From Strigamia acuminata (taxonomy: Eukaryota): DNA of 64,000 nucleotides. Both the position numbers and the translations under genes were made by a program. The stretch's first letter is position 1. Each line of letters begins with the position of its first letter. Below, piece after piece: positions 44,001 through 57,900 of this stretch. The notes beneath the pieces are model-generated. The model searched no databases and was not told the origin of the DNA. It worked only from the letters and a program-made list of their open reading frames with translations. The stretch lies in NCBI GenBank assembly GCA_949358305.1, contig OX442314.1, forward strand, positions 16,988,001 through 17,052,000, written 5' to 3'.

Positions 44001-46697
44001 AAATTAATTTTAGGTATTTAAATTTTAGGTTCTGAAGTGTTTTTAGGATCTAAATATAAAGGACGAATTGATGGAAAGAGTTTACTCATTCCTCCAGAGC
44101 AAGCTATCTCTCGCCAACGGTTGTGGCCTGGATCAGGAATGCTCGGTGTTAAAGTGGTTGCTGATGGCCCAACACGAGCTCTTCAAATCGCGGACATACG
44201 TAACAAGGTTGGATACATTTTTTAAACATTGCATTTGTGAATATATGTTTCTAATGTTGCGGTTCACGTTTTTCAAAGGGCATTGTGTCTATGACGACTC
44301 AACAGAATGATTGGGTGGTGGTTGAAGAAACGAAAAGTGGTAAAATAAATTTTGGAGAAGAAAACCATTCTTTAAATAAAACAGCTTGGAATCTTCATGT
44401 AGGTTTTATGTTTTATTTTGGTATTTGTCAATCTAATTGCTTTTGTTAATCTTATTACAGGTTAGTCTTTTAATGAAAAATGGCATTGGTTTGTCTCTCG
44501 TGAATAGTTTTCCTGAAGAATTGATCTATTTAACTTTTACGAACATTTTAATCGATTACTCTAAAACGCAAAAAGGACAAACATTAGACGGGAGCATCGA
44601 AAATATTAAAGTGGATAATGAATTGAACGATGCCGAAATATCTGTCATTTTATTTGTTTCTCCTTCGGCAAAGTATGACAATCAGCGATTTCTGCCATCA
44701 ATTCATTTTACCGCACATCGGTTACCCAATCAAAATTTAAATGCTGAAATATTTAAAGTAGGTTTTTAAAAAAAAAAAATTAGATAAGTTTCTAATTCGT
44801 CTGATTGTTCCATTCTTTAAACTTGCAGCATTTGATGATAACTGTTAAAAATTTAACGATACAAGTAGAAGAAAAGGTTTTGTGGAAGTTATTCCAATTT
44901 GCTGGATTTAATCGGTCCGATCAAGAACTTGAAAAATTAGAAGAAAACGATTTTGAAAACCAAAAGTATTCTAATTTTCTTGAAGTTCTCAGTTTATTTT
45001 TTTAATAAATTTTATTTTATTTTTATTATTGTTATTATTTTACAGAACTATAATGGCCGCTACATTGGCTAATGCCAAGAGATACTATTTTGCTACTTTG
45101 AAACTTGTACTAAATCAAGTTCGATTAAGTATGCATACATCGAGTCATTTACCTGCTGATTTGCAAGCTATTAAACATCGAATGGGTTACACGTTCGTCA
45201 AATTTGAAGATGCGCCAGTTGAATTAGATCCTTTTCTCCGTATTCATCCCTTCGAATCGGGACAGTTTTTAATCGATTCTATATTGGAGCATTATAAAGA
45301 AGTAAACATAACCATATACTTTTAAATTTTAAAACTACAGTATTATAAACATTTTCTTAATAGGAACTGAAAGGGCAAGCAGCCAAAATTCTCGGCTCCG
45401 TTGATTTTATTGGCAATCCTTTGGGACTCGTAAACGATTTCTCAGAAGGCTTATCCGGGTTTATTAACGAAGGCAATATTGGTGGACTTCTCAAAAACGT
45501 CACGCATGGTCTCTCTAATTCGGCTGCAAAAGTATATCAACAATGATCGGTTATTTTTCGTTATGTTGTTGACATAAACCTTTTATTACAGATGGCAGGT
45601 GCCTTATCAGATGGTTTGGGCCGCGTCTCTTTGGACGATAAACACGAGCGGGTTCGTAAAAAGATTTGGCACGAACACAAGGGTAGAAGCAGCGACCAAC
45701 TGGTAGCTGGCATGAAAGGATTAGCTTACGGTATTTTAGGAGGTATGACTAGTATAGTTAGTCAGACTTATGACGGTGCTGCGTCTGAAGGTGTTCCAGT
45801 AAGTTAATTGTGCTTGCAGTTTAGGATGCTTTAATCGATTTGTGTATTTTTTCAGGGATTTTTCTCTGGATTGGGTAAAGGTTTGGTAGGAACCGTAGCT
45901 AAACCAGCAGTTGGCGTTCTAGATTTTGCTGCGGGGGCGGCGAGTGCTGTTAGAGATACTAGTCGGAGCAGTACGCATGACGTACCTTTGACTACGCGGC
46001 TTCCTCGAGTGTGTATCGGTCTTGGAGAACTCCTGCCTAGATACTCGAATCAGAATAGCCATGGACAACGGAATTTGTACATTTTGAATAAAAAAGATTA
46101 TAGCGAATTGTAAGATAGCCAGCAATTACGATCAACGTTTAACTTATAAAATGGCTTTCGCTTCAGGTTTATTGCGTACGAACAACTATTGAGTGTCAAT
46201 GAAGATTTGCGAGTCCTGATTTCTAGTCGAAGGGTATTTTTTTTGAAGAGGGATGAACCGAGTATGAATAATGTAGTTTTAACGGTTGAACATAGGTAAA
46301 AATTTACATACACACAAGATAATTTTAGTTTATATTCTTGCAAGAAGTTAAAGTGTTGTTTTTGTTTAGTGAACTACATCGTTGTAAACCTGTGATAATG
46401 GAAGACCATGGAACTACTATGTACTACCTCGAGTTGACTGTCAAAGTAAAAAGTCGGAGTACTACAGCAAAGTCTACGGACACATTGAAAAGTCCAAAAG
46501 TCAGATGCGATACAGAAGCCATTATGCTCAAAGTAAACACGATTTTAAATAAAAAGTTTTTTTTAAATTTATTTTTTAATCATTATTTTTTTTTATTGTT
46601 TCAGGTGACGCAACAAATTAATTATGCAAAAAGTTTATATGAGGAAAGGAAACAGACACTTCCATTATCGGATGACAGTGATTTGGAAGATGAATGA
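29037..46697 (+). CDS. VPS13D: Intermembrane lipid transfer protein VPS13D
   Basis: Chorein N-terminus [29 protein letters not shown] domain [11 protein letters not shown]...[10 protein letters not shown] (~39440-39550), [24 protein letters not shown] repeats, ricin-like segment and C-terminal [13 protein letters not shown] / [14 protein letters not shown]. Confidence 0.95.
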
Positions 46698-46874
46698 TTT
46701 GTGATTTAACAAGAGTTATTTATTATTTTAAATTGAATATTATAATTTGGGCTTGTAAATGAGCTGCTCAATTTATCATGCAACTAAAGTAACGTGTCAG
46801 GTTGGTTGGTTGTGAATTGTGATAATAAATAGTTGACAATTACTGTGAAGTTATGAGTATCTTTCAAACATTCA

Positions 46875-46905
46875 ATCGATACTAAATCGATACTAGAAAT
46901 CGATA
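46875..46905. promoter_or_regulatory. Three DRE-like ATCGATA motifs upstream of SPCS1
   Basis: ATCGATA at 46875, 46886 and 46899, matching the core of the arthropod DREF/BEAF element TATCGATA. Confidence 0.4.
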
Positions 46906-47199
46906 TTGAAACACGATGTGGATTTAATAGTAAAAAAAAAATATCAGTTCTGAAGAACAACAAAAAATATCAAAGATAAGAACACAGAATTATAAATATT
47001 TAAGAACATGGACATTCAAACTCGAGAGTTTATTTCGATATGTTCAAAACAAGAAACGATCGTAAAACACCAATGGCGCTAGATTGAATTTCCGTTTCCG
47101 GTTACAATAAATCGAGTGCGCGTGTGTACTTGTATCAACGATTTTTGCCGTGGCCAACGTTGACTTGTTTTTCGCATATTAGAGTATTTAAGTGCGAAG

Positions 47200-47720
47200 A
47201 TGTTTGATTATTTCAAGTCGATCCCGTCTCACATGGTAAGATATGTTTGGCAAGTCTGGCAATATGCAAATGTGTGACTGCTTCAATGACAATTAAGGTG
47301 TAAAGAAATGTTTGAATTATTTAGGACTTCGATGGACAGCAACGAGCTGAAAGAATATTCCAGATCATCGTGATTCTTTTTGCCGTAAGTTAAAAACATA
47401 ACCGGTACTACGACAAAACAGTAATACGTTTGCTTTTAATTTCATTAAAGACTGCTGGACTCATTTGGGGCTACATATGCCAGCAATTTTCCCAAACTGT
47501 TTACATTCTAGGAGCCGGTTTCGTCCTATCATGCATTGTAAGTATATTGTATCTTTTTAATGATTTTTCATCTATAAATCTCCACTTTTTCCTTCAGTTA
47601 ACACTCCCTCCTTGGCCAATGTACAGAAGAAAACCTCTGAGCTGGCAGAAATGTGCCGTGACCGATGAAACTGCCGACAACACCACTCACAAGAGTTCTA
47701 ATAAGAAAAAAAACAAATAG
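47200..47720 (+). CDS. SPCS1: Signal peptidase complex subunit 1 (SPC12)
   Basis: [25 protein letters not shown]...[22 protein letters not shown]...[18 protein letters not shown]. Confidence 0.93.
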
Positions 47721-49697
47721 ATTTCTCATGTATCAAAAATACGCATTTTTATTTGTTATAATAAACTTTGCAATTATTTACTTGGGTGAAATTTGTTGTA
47801 GAAAGTAATTGATGAAAAATAGTTTAGAGGTCGTTCGAGTAGTCCCGTACCACGTGACAGGAATCAACAAATGAAATGTACTGTTACTTGCCTGCTGTGA
47901 TATGTCTGTGTCCGCCATTTTCTCGAGAGTTAAGCAGCAGTGAAGAGCTGATGTTTAAAAACAGTGCGAAATTCGTCCCAAACCGAGAGCTAAACTTATA
48001 GAAAATGGAAATCGGTATTTTTTTAATTGGTAATTTAGTCCCGTCAAGTCTCAGCTAAGTCGTAAATACAATATATATACAACAGTATAATTTCTGGTAG
48101 GTGGCGTATTCGCATCCCAAGTACAATGGTGTGGCCAAACTGAATCTCAATATTATATCTTAACTCAAGCAAGGGAAATCCAAACTCTGTACCAGTGTTA
48201 ACAGCCCCATTGCAACTTTCTCAGCGAATGGAATTTAAAATGGAGAATAACGAAATAACGGAAACACTAATTGTAAAGCCTAATAAGCAATTGCCGTTAT
48301 AGTTGAGTAGTTTAAAAAAACCTTCATTGGTCGAAGCAATAACCTTAAATATTTGTCATTTACCGACAGTTGTAATAGAAACAATGACGAAAGTGAGTTC
48401 AGTATGAGGGCACAGATTGTTGGTCGTTATTAAACGGAAGAATCAATTGTTATAATTTATTTATTATTCATTATTATTATTATTACAGTGTTTATAGTGA
48501 CTATAATACATGAGCAGATATGATAAGTGAAAAGTTTGCAAGATTTAATTATGAAAAACTGGTGCCCACCCAATTCTGGGTAAGTATTTATATTTTTATT
48601 TTAAAATTTAAATTAGGTAGATTTAAACAGCAGTTAAAGCGCAGCAAAATTGAAATGTTCTTGGCAAATAGATATAAATATTTTAATTGATTTTGCTCTT
48701 TTATCAGATTGTGTCATTGATTAAAACAAAATGATTACACCGTCGAAAAATGAATCGCGAGTCATTTATTTTGTTTTTGAACAAGTTTTTATCGCTGAGT
48801 ATTTCGAAATGTGTTCGAATTTATCATTTTTCTAAATTTATTAATTTAGTCATTTGTAATTCAATTATTTGTATTATAGTCTTAATCAATGAAATATTTG
48901 TTTCGGCTTTGGTAGAAAATAGACTATTCCAGTTTGTGTCCTTTTCATTTCTCCCATTGCATGATCCATTTTGTATTGCGATTCGCGATTGGTTTCCTTA
49001 AGCGTTCGAGGGCATGCTGCAACCAATAGAGATGCGACTTGATTGTAAGCTTTTCCTTCTTCTTGCGGGTCGGGGTGTTATTTTGGTTTGGGTCAGGGAA
49101 TTTGCGAATAACAATGAAATCGTGCGTATTGTTGGTTCCATGGGCCCCTTCCTGCTGGTTGCCCGTCAAGTTTCCATTACCAATTTTTTGCACGTTACAA
49201 GAATGGCCGCAAATGGATTACATGTACAGGTAAAGAAAACTGATGCTCGCAGTCTTCAGTTACGTTGCCATTTCTTCTTTTTTTCTTTTTTTTCTTTTTC
49301 TTTCTTGCCTTCTTCGTCTAGGTGAAAAGTTCAAACGTCGCATATTTAGCCATTAAAGGAATGAGACGATAGAGTTTTCGATTAGAAATTTTTGATTATT
49401 TATTTAAAGCTGAAATGACGGTTTCTGATTTAGCCTAGTTTTTTTTTTGTAAGGTTTTTTTATTTTATTTAAAATTTTTTCTTTTTTTCTTTTTTTTAAA
49501 GGAATAAACGTCACTTTTCGCTGCACAGCCAGACATTGGTCACCGCTCCACATCCACATTATCGTCATCAGAGTGAAATCGAGTTGCTCTTATCTGGGCC
49601 CATCAAACCAGTGATTAATACGCTAAAACCTCAAAGCATTAATTTTCCTCCTCATTACTACTTGCGTCCTTCTTTTCGACATTATAATTGTCGCCGG

Positions 49698-50662
49698 ATG
49701 AACATGGGACAAAAAGTTTCAGGTAAAAGTTCAATTTTGAGTGTTTTTATTTTGATTATGAATTGTCAACACGATTTGCAGGCGGAATCAAAACAGTGAA
49801 TCGAGAGAATACGAACAATTACCGGCCATTACTTACAAAGGAATTGGCCGTTTCTCACGACATGGATCGACCATCGCGTTTGGATATCCTATTAGACATG
49901 CCTCCATCGAGCAGAGAAAACCAGTTAAAACATTCATGGAATCCTAACGATCGTAGTCTGAATATATTCGTGAAAGAAGAAGACAAGCTGACGTTTCACC
50001 GCCATCCCGTAGCTCAAAGCACAGACTGTATTCGCGGCAAAGTGGGCTACACTCGAGGCCTCCACATCTGGGAAATCCACTGGAGCTCGAGGCAGCGGGG
50101 AACTCACGCGGTCGTCGGTGTAGCTACGGGAGAAGCGCCGCTGCATTCGGTCGGATACCAGTCTTTGGTGGGAAGCAATTCCGATTCGTGGGGTTGGGAT
50201 TTGGGACGGAATAAATTGTACCACGACGTTAAAAACAATCCTGGAGTCACGTATCCTAATTTGCTCAATTCCGAAGAGACATTTGTGGTGCCCGATGCGT
50301 TTCTAGTGGTATTGGACATGGACGAAGGCACGTTGAGTTTTGTGGTAGCTGGACAATATTTGGGTGTGGCTTTTCGATCGTTGAAGGGGAAAAAACTTTA
50401 CCCCATAGTCAGTGCTGTATGGGGTCATTGCGAAATTACGATGAAATATATCGGAGGATTAGATCGTAAGTTAGGCCCGCACAAAATGTTTGTCTTACAT
50501 ATTTATATTTAATTTTATTTTTCAGCTGAACCACTTCCACTTAAAGATCTGTGCCGACGTGTAATTAGACAAAAAGTTGGAAAATATCGGCTTGAAAAGA
50601 TTGAAGAACTGAACCTTCCAAATTCTCTGAAAAGTTATCTCCTTTTTCAAGATCGTAGGTAA
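49698..50662 (+). CDS. SPSB1: SPRY and SOCS box protein (gustavus/SPSB1-4)
   Basis: [56 protein letters not shown] and SOCS box [14 protein letters not shown] possible upstream in-frame extension starts at 49114. Confidence 0.93.
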
Positions 50663-51939
50663 TCGGACATTGTTTTTAAATCAACAATGTTGCGGATTAA
50701 ACAAATAAATAAATAAATAACTAAATAAAAATAAAAAAAAGTCTTCGAATGCTCATCGTTATAGTTTACGACGAAATAAACAAGTTGTATGGACATAAAG
50801 CGTGACTTTGTATACCGTTATTTGTTTAGAACTCGTTCGCAATTCGATATGGCTTTTTGTGGAGACTTATCACTTCCTCACGTCAAATATCCTTTAAGTC
50901 GGTGTCGTGTATTAATATCTGAGTTGGGGACACTTTTTATTCGGTGTTGCTTTTTTTATTTAGTTTTGTGTATTTTTTTTATAAGGCCAAACTCAATATG
51001 ATCCAAAGACAAGTTTTATTTGAATTAATATATATTGAAATGTATTTGATCATTTATTTTTTCTGTTTTCATATTTGTATGATGAAATGAGTCCGGTAAT
51101 TTATGTCTTTGTCTACTATTGGATTGGTTCATTACAACCATAAAATGTCCTCCATCTAGTTGTAAGATCTTCACATTTATACATCAATCGTTAAGTGACT
51201 CGATTACGAATGACTTGAAGTAACATTTGTTAAACAATCAATTTTTCAGTATGAATTTGATTGTACAATTAAATATGTGTACAGTAAGGTTAAATTTGAA
51301 TTCTTAAGTTAATCACTTTTATTAGAGAAATGTAATTGTGTGATAAAAGAAAAAGTAAACAAAAAAAAATTTATATATTGCTATAGTATTTTTTTTTTAT
51401 CGTTTTTATTTTTTGGTATAAACTTGAATTGAGATTTACAATTTGTTACGAAAATAATTTGTCTATAATAGGTGGCTGCTGTGCTAGTCTTGTGGAAGAA
51501 GAGCGAATATTTTTTAGTATTTTCAAAATTTGCTTAATCTGACATTCAGTTTATATTACATTTCAGTATTTTGAATAAAGTTCTTTCAATGCCAATATTT
51601 TCTTAATTGGGCTAACGCAATTAAAGTACGATAGGAGCGAAGAGAATTTGAATTTATTATAGTCAATTAAAAGGCCGGGTCTTTCTATAAGATTTGGTCT
51701 GCGGTTAATTCTTTCATTCAACGAGGAGATTTGGTCTTTAGTTAGTCCTGGCTCGTGATTCGTGAACAATATGTCGAAGCTTCGTTCTGCAGTTAGTGCT
51801 ATTTTATTGCTAACGTGAATTCCGTTCCGTGATCGCGCAGGCGCAGCCTAAGTATTTTGATCATTTTCCGTCAAAATTTTTGATCCGCATCCGTTTTATT
51901 GTTTGAAGCTTGAAAATTTTATAAAAGAAGCAATTAGAT

Positions 51940-54900
51940 ATGGGAGTCCCGAAGTTTTACCGATGGATTAGTGAACGCTATCCATGCTTAAGCGAAGTTG
52001 TACATGAATATCAAGTAAGATACGCAATAAAAACGACGGTGAATACAAATATTCAAAAGTTGCATCTTTTCTATTTTTCAGATTCCAGAATTCGACAATT
52101 TGTATTTGGATATGAATGGAATAATTCACGTTTGTTCTCATCCTAACGACGAGGATCCTCATTTTAGAATAAGCGAAGAGAAAATTTTTAAAGACATTTT
52201 CCAATACATTGAGGTAAATATTACGTGGACAATCTCGCTTATCAATCTAATACCTTATGTCAACTGGCAAATTGTTATTCCAGATCTTATTTCGATTAAT
52301 TCGTCCGGCACAAGTATTTTTTATGGCTGTTGACGGAGTAGCACCTAGAGCTAAAATGAATCAACAAAGAGGACGACGCTTTAGGTTTATTGACAACAGA
52401 TTACAACAATAAAAAGTTGAAAATGTTTGCTAATTTTTTTAAAATTGCTATTAGATCTGCACGAGAAGCAGAAGAAGCGGAAAAAAGGGCAATTCGAAAG
52501 GGAGAAGAGCTGCCTAAAGAAGAGCGATTTGACTCAAACTGCATCACACCTGGCACAGAGTTTATGTACAGGCTGCATGAGCATTTAAAATTTTTTGTTA
52601 GTATGAAAATATCGACGGACAAGGCGTGGCGAGGAATACGGATATATCTCTCCGGCCATGAGGTAGGTGGGCTTATGGTCCAAAGCATGAAATACGGTTG
52701 CTTTTTGTTTAACCGAATGCACTATCCAGGAATAAAATGTATGTTGACTCCAGACTCCAGGCGAAGGTGAACACAAGATCATGGAATTCATTCGAAGTGA
52801 GAAGGCGAAGCCAGATTACAATTCCAACACCAGGCATTGCTTATACGGCCTAGACGCTGATTTGGTTCGTAAAATTGCCTAATTGGCCGATGTATTTGAT
52901 GCAATTTATTTGATTTTTTGTTGTTGTAGATTATGCTGGGATTGTGCACCCACGAACCACATTTTTCGTTGCTCAGAGAAGAAGTTAAATTTGGTGGAAA
53001 AGCAAATCAAAAGAGGTAATTGAGTGTTTCTATTAAGTTTTTATTCTGACGAGACTTATTTTGGTTTTAGAATGGTGTCTGCTCAAGAAACGACGTTTCA
53101 TTTGTTACATCTTTCTCTCATGAGAGAATATTTAGATTTTGAATTTGCTAGCCTGAAAGGAAAACTAAGTTTTGATTATGATTTGGAAAAAATTATCGAC
53201 GATTGGGTTCTTATGGAGTTTTTGGTGGGGAATGATTTTATTCCTCATCTACCGCAGATGCATATTGCGCAAGATGCATTACCTACACTGTACAGTGCTT
53301 ACATCGCAGTACTACCTGCATTAGATGGTAAAAATATAACTAATTACCGTAATAAAATTTTAATTTCTTTTGTTTTTGTTTTAAAGGATACATAAACGAA
53401 GGAGGGTTTTTAAATCTTGCAAGGTTTGAAACGTACTTGAAAAGAGTAGCGCAGGTAACTTGCCTTTTTATTTACGGCGGCAAATTCAGCATGCAATATT
53501 AATGAAATTTTTTTTACAGTACGATTACAAACATTTCGATGAACACTATGCAGATTTGAAGTGGTTTAGAAACAAAAGTGGCGGCAAGGGTGCTTATGTT
53601 AATAAGCAAGCGGCCGAATCGACCAGCAAGAAAAAAAGAAAATTAACCAATTCTTTTGCACTTTTAAATAATGTTGAGGATGACGACTTTCAAGATGATA
53701 ACACTTCTGATGACTTCTTCATCGAAAACGATAACCAAGTTCTTAACAATCGCGTAGTTATTGAGAAACTGATCGATCTTGATTCCCCATCGGAGGAAGA
53801 AGATGAGGTCGACGACAAAGAAATATTCGAGATGGAATTTCGACAGCATAAGCGAGATTACTATATGAATAAATTGGGATATTCGAACGTGACACCCGAA
53901 GTGTTAAAAGATCAGGCCGAATGTTACGTTCGGGCAATTCAGTGGAATTTGCACTACTATTATAACGGAGTGTGCTCTTGGAGTTGGTACTATCCTCATC
54001 ATTACGCCCCGTTTATTTCCGACGTCAAAGAATTCAGTCATCTCACACTTGAGTTTGAAATAGGAACTCCATTTCTCCCGTTTCAGCAATTGTTGGCAGT
54101 TCTTCCTGCAGCTAGCAAGAAACTTCTACCTGTACCTTATCAAGTAAATTTATCTCACTGTTAATAGTTGATAATTTATAATTTTGTCGATGTACTTTGC
54201 AGAGTCTGATGTGTACAGAAAATTCTCCTTTAATCGAATACTACCCCTTGGACTTTAAAACTGACTTAAACGGAAAATTACAAGAATGGGAAGCTGTTGT
54301 TCTGATTCCATTCATTAAAGAAGTAAAAAAAAAAAAATTAAATTAGGTTAAATTATTTTATAATGGAACATATTTTTAATTTTATTACAGAATCGATTGT
54401 TGGACGCCATGGAACCACTGGAGTCGTTATTAACTAAGGACGAACTAAGCAGGAATACGCATGGCCCGTGTTTGCTCTACACGTATTCAGAATCACGGCT
54501 ATCGCCTTATAACTGTCCGAGTGCCGGATTTCCGAATATCGAATTGAATCATGCTGCGTAAGATAACCGTTTAATTCTCTTGTGCATGCGTTTAAATTGG
54601 TTGCAATGTTTTTGCTAGATGTCAAGAAATTAAGAGAAACGAATTTGATGTCGAATCATCAAAATTAGTAAAAGGACTTTGTCACGATGTTCGACTCGAT
54701 GTTTATTTTCCAGGTTTTCCGACCTTGAAACATCTTCCGCACACGGTAAGATTAATTTATTACAGATTTGGTCAATTGTTTATTCAAATTTATTTATTGC
54801 TTTAGGCTGGATTGAAGAAAGCATCGGTCAAAGTCTTTCAAATGCCGAGCCGAAATGAGAATATGCTGCTTCATTTAACAAATAACGTGTCTTCTGACGT

Positions 54901-57900
54901 AAACGAAGTTGCCAATTTTGTTTTGGGTGAAATTGTTTTCGTTAGCTGGCCTCATTTAGTCGAAGCTAAAGTCATCGCAGTGGCAGACGCCAAAACAAAG
55001 TGAGTGAGAGATGGACTAATTGTCATCTGCCCGCTGACGATTCGGATTAACTGGTTAATCCTCTTTTAACACCGAAACCATGGTCCTTGGATAGGTTAAC
55101 CTAACTAAGGACCATGCCGAAACTAACGGCCGACAGCTGACGTCCGACTACTAACGGTCAACAGCTGTCGGTCGACAACTGGCGGTCAGTGTTGGGCACT
55201 GTACGCGGTACCGGTACTGTACCGCAGCTCGTACTGCGGTACAGTACCGTGCCAGCTTTGTACCGGGACTGTGGTACTTTTCCTAGCAGCCCCCAGTCCC
55301 GTGTACTTGTACTACGGTACTGGTACTGCGGTACTTGCGCGGAAGCGCCTTGTACCGTGCACCGGTACTGCGGTACAGTGCTAGGTACCACGTAAAGGCA
55401 CCGCGGTACTTTCCAGCACCTGTGAAAGTACCGCGTACTTGTACCGCGGTACACGTTGTGTGTACCGCGCCTTACACTGCTGAAGGCCGACAGCTGACGG
55501 CTGCCGATTAGTTTCGACGTTGGAAGAGGATTAATCGGTCAATCTGAATCGTCAGCTGACGATTAGACCATTCTGTGAGTGACTTGGTAAATGTGAAAAG
55601 TTTAGATAATTTATTAATATTTGAATATTTGAATTAGGATTTCACTTGTGGAAGGCAAACACGCTTCGAAACAAATTAGTGAAGAAACTTTAAGCGAAGA
55701 TGATGCCCAAATATGGAGAATGCATTGTAACAGCATTCATGAACAGTAAGTCTGCACAAGCACAAAAAACACGATCGTATTAAAACTAAATGTCAATTTT
55801 ATATAGTTACTACGGACGATTAGGCATTATCGTTGGAGACACTAAAATTGTGTTGTATGCTTGCCCATTGGTGGGACGAAAGTGAGTTGATAGTTGGATT
55901 GTCAATGCAATTTTAAACATGCAATTTATGTTTGTAGATACATATTTTCGTCTAATGGGCGTTTTACTTTGGAAAAACAATGGGCTAATGTGCCGTCACA
56001 TTACGCTTACCAAGCCACAGTAAAAGACATCGCCACACACGATCCAAGTTTCAAACAGTTTAAGACGCTGGAGGATTTATTTAAGCCGCAAACGATGTGT
56101 TTTATGTTAAGTGGTCCTTACTACGGGTCGAAAGCTGAAGTAAGATTTACTGATTATAATAATTTTTAAATGACGTTAAAATGAAATATTGTATTGATAG
56201 GTTGTGGGAGTTTCTCGCAGACAAGTTACGGTTAACGTTACCATCCAAAATGAGCCAAATTTCGATCCTATTTATAAGCAACAAAATGTAATTTGAATGT
56301 GTTGTTACGTTTATTATTTAATAGATTTTAATATGGATTTTAATCTTTTAGAAATTATCGGTTAATTACATGCCTGGTTTCGTCATCGCGCATCGTTTGG
56401 GGATAAGCAGTCATTTATTATCACGGATGACGGGGACATTCTATGTTATTTCAGGCGCTCGTGGAAATGCATCTGCGACTAATAGGATCAATGTGGGCCT
56501 TAATCTCAAATTTAATAAAAGGAACAAGGAAGTGCCAGGGTTCACAAAAAAAACTAATGACGGTTGGTTGTACTCTACACAATCATTAGAAATTATGGGC
56601 GAATACTTACAAAAGTATGGGTTAATCGTAACGTTTTATTATGTACGGAAAATTTAAGAATTTATTTTTGGTAGATTTCCGGAGTTGTTCGAATTTATTG
56701 CAACGAATACGCAAGAAAATAATTGTTATTCAGACGATATATTTGCTGGTGCTGAAAACAGGTGATGTCTAGTTATAAAACGCACGTTTTAAAGGAATAT
56801 TTTTTAACGAAATGATTAATTTTCTTGCAGTCCGGAACGTTTGCAGGAAATTCAAACTTGGTTGAAATCACTTCCTTGCTATAATGCACAGCAGCAGATG
56901 TGTGGAACTGATGTATTGGAGGTGCCTATTATTAGTGCCATTGAAGAAGCGGTTGAAAAAATTAAAGATAAAGAAGTTAAATTTGTGCCATTACAAGTTA
57001 AACCAGCTAATCTTTATTTGGTAAATTTTGGAAACATTAAATCGCTTTATTCAATAATTAATTTGTTTTAAAAAAAAATTTTTTTTTAGCCGTGCGCGCA
57101 TGATAAGGGTTCCGTTCCAGATTCTTCGCCATCGACTTACCATCTCTACAATCGAGTGGTTAATGTGAGGGAAGATACTGCCGTGCCACTTGGTCTAAGA
57201 GGAACAATAGTTGGAATTCATTGTGGTATAATATTAATATTTCAGCCGAATTAAACATTTGAGTTAAATTTCTACATTTTTTTAAGGAGAAAATACGACT
57301 GATTTAATGTACGACGTTATATTTGATGAAGAATTTGTTGGAGGAACTACTTTAAGGTACATCACGAGAATATAATTAATTCTCCGCTATTATTATTAGA
57401 ATTACTCATGGTGATTTATTTCAGGTGTTCGTCTAATAAAGGATATAAAATGCCAGCTACTTGTTTCATTAATTTAAGCCGTGGAACACATTCACACGAG
57501 CAGCCGAAGCAAAAGCATGGAAACAAAAGTAACAATATTCCAAAATTGAATTGTAAGTACACGATTATTCTGTACCACGAATATGTATGCTAATTGTACT
57601 CTATCTTTTTTACTATCAGCAGTTCCTGTGACTCCAGAGAGTGCAGATATTTCGATTAGGAAAAGAAGTACGGCCGGTGGTGGTAGTGGAGGCCGTGTCA
57701 GTCGGACAGCGGCTAATTTTCAATTAAAGCCTTCACTGAATGCGAACCAACAGAGCCGTAATTTATCACGGATCAATCATTCACCAAATTCGCCATTTGT
57801 TTCACAAGTAAGATTAAACATCAATGAGTTTTTTCTTTCTTTAAATATTTATTTTAAATGTTTACATTTTTACTAGATGTCTTTGTGTGATGTTGAACAA

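Larger units (their letters stand above)
55008..55574. mobile_element. Non-autonomous DNA transposon (MITE) with long imperfect TIRs in an XRN1 intron
   Basis: Left end atggactaattgtca..gctgacgattcggattaactggttaatcctctt mirrors right end aagaggattaatcggtcaatctgaatcgtcagctgacgattagaccat. Flanked by direct repeat gtgagtga (55000-55007 and 55575-55582). Confidence 0.85.

Noticed and set aside
55158..55454. ORFs and recurring GTAC motifs resembling a CRISPR array or small gene
   Set aside because: No constant repeat-spacer period; explained as subterminal repeats of a MITE in a eukaryotic intron.
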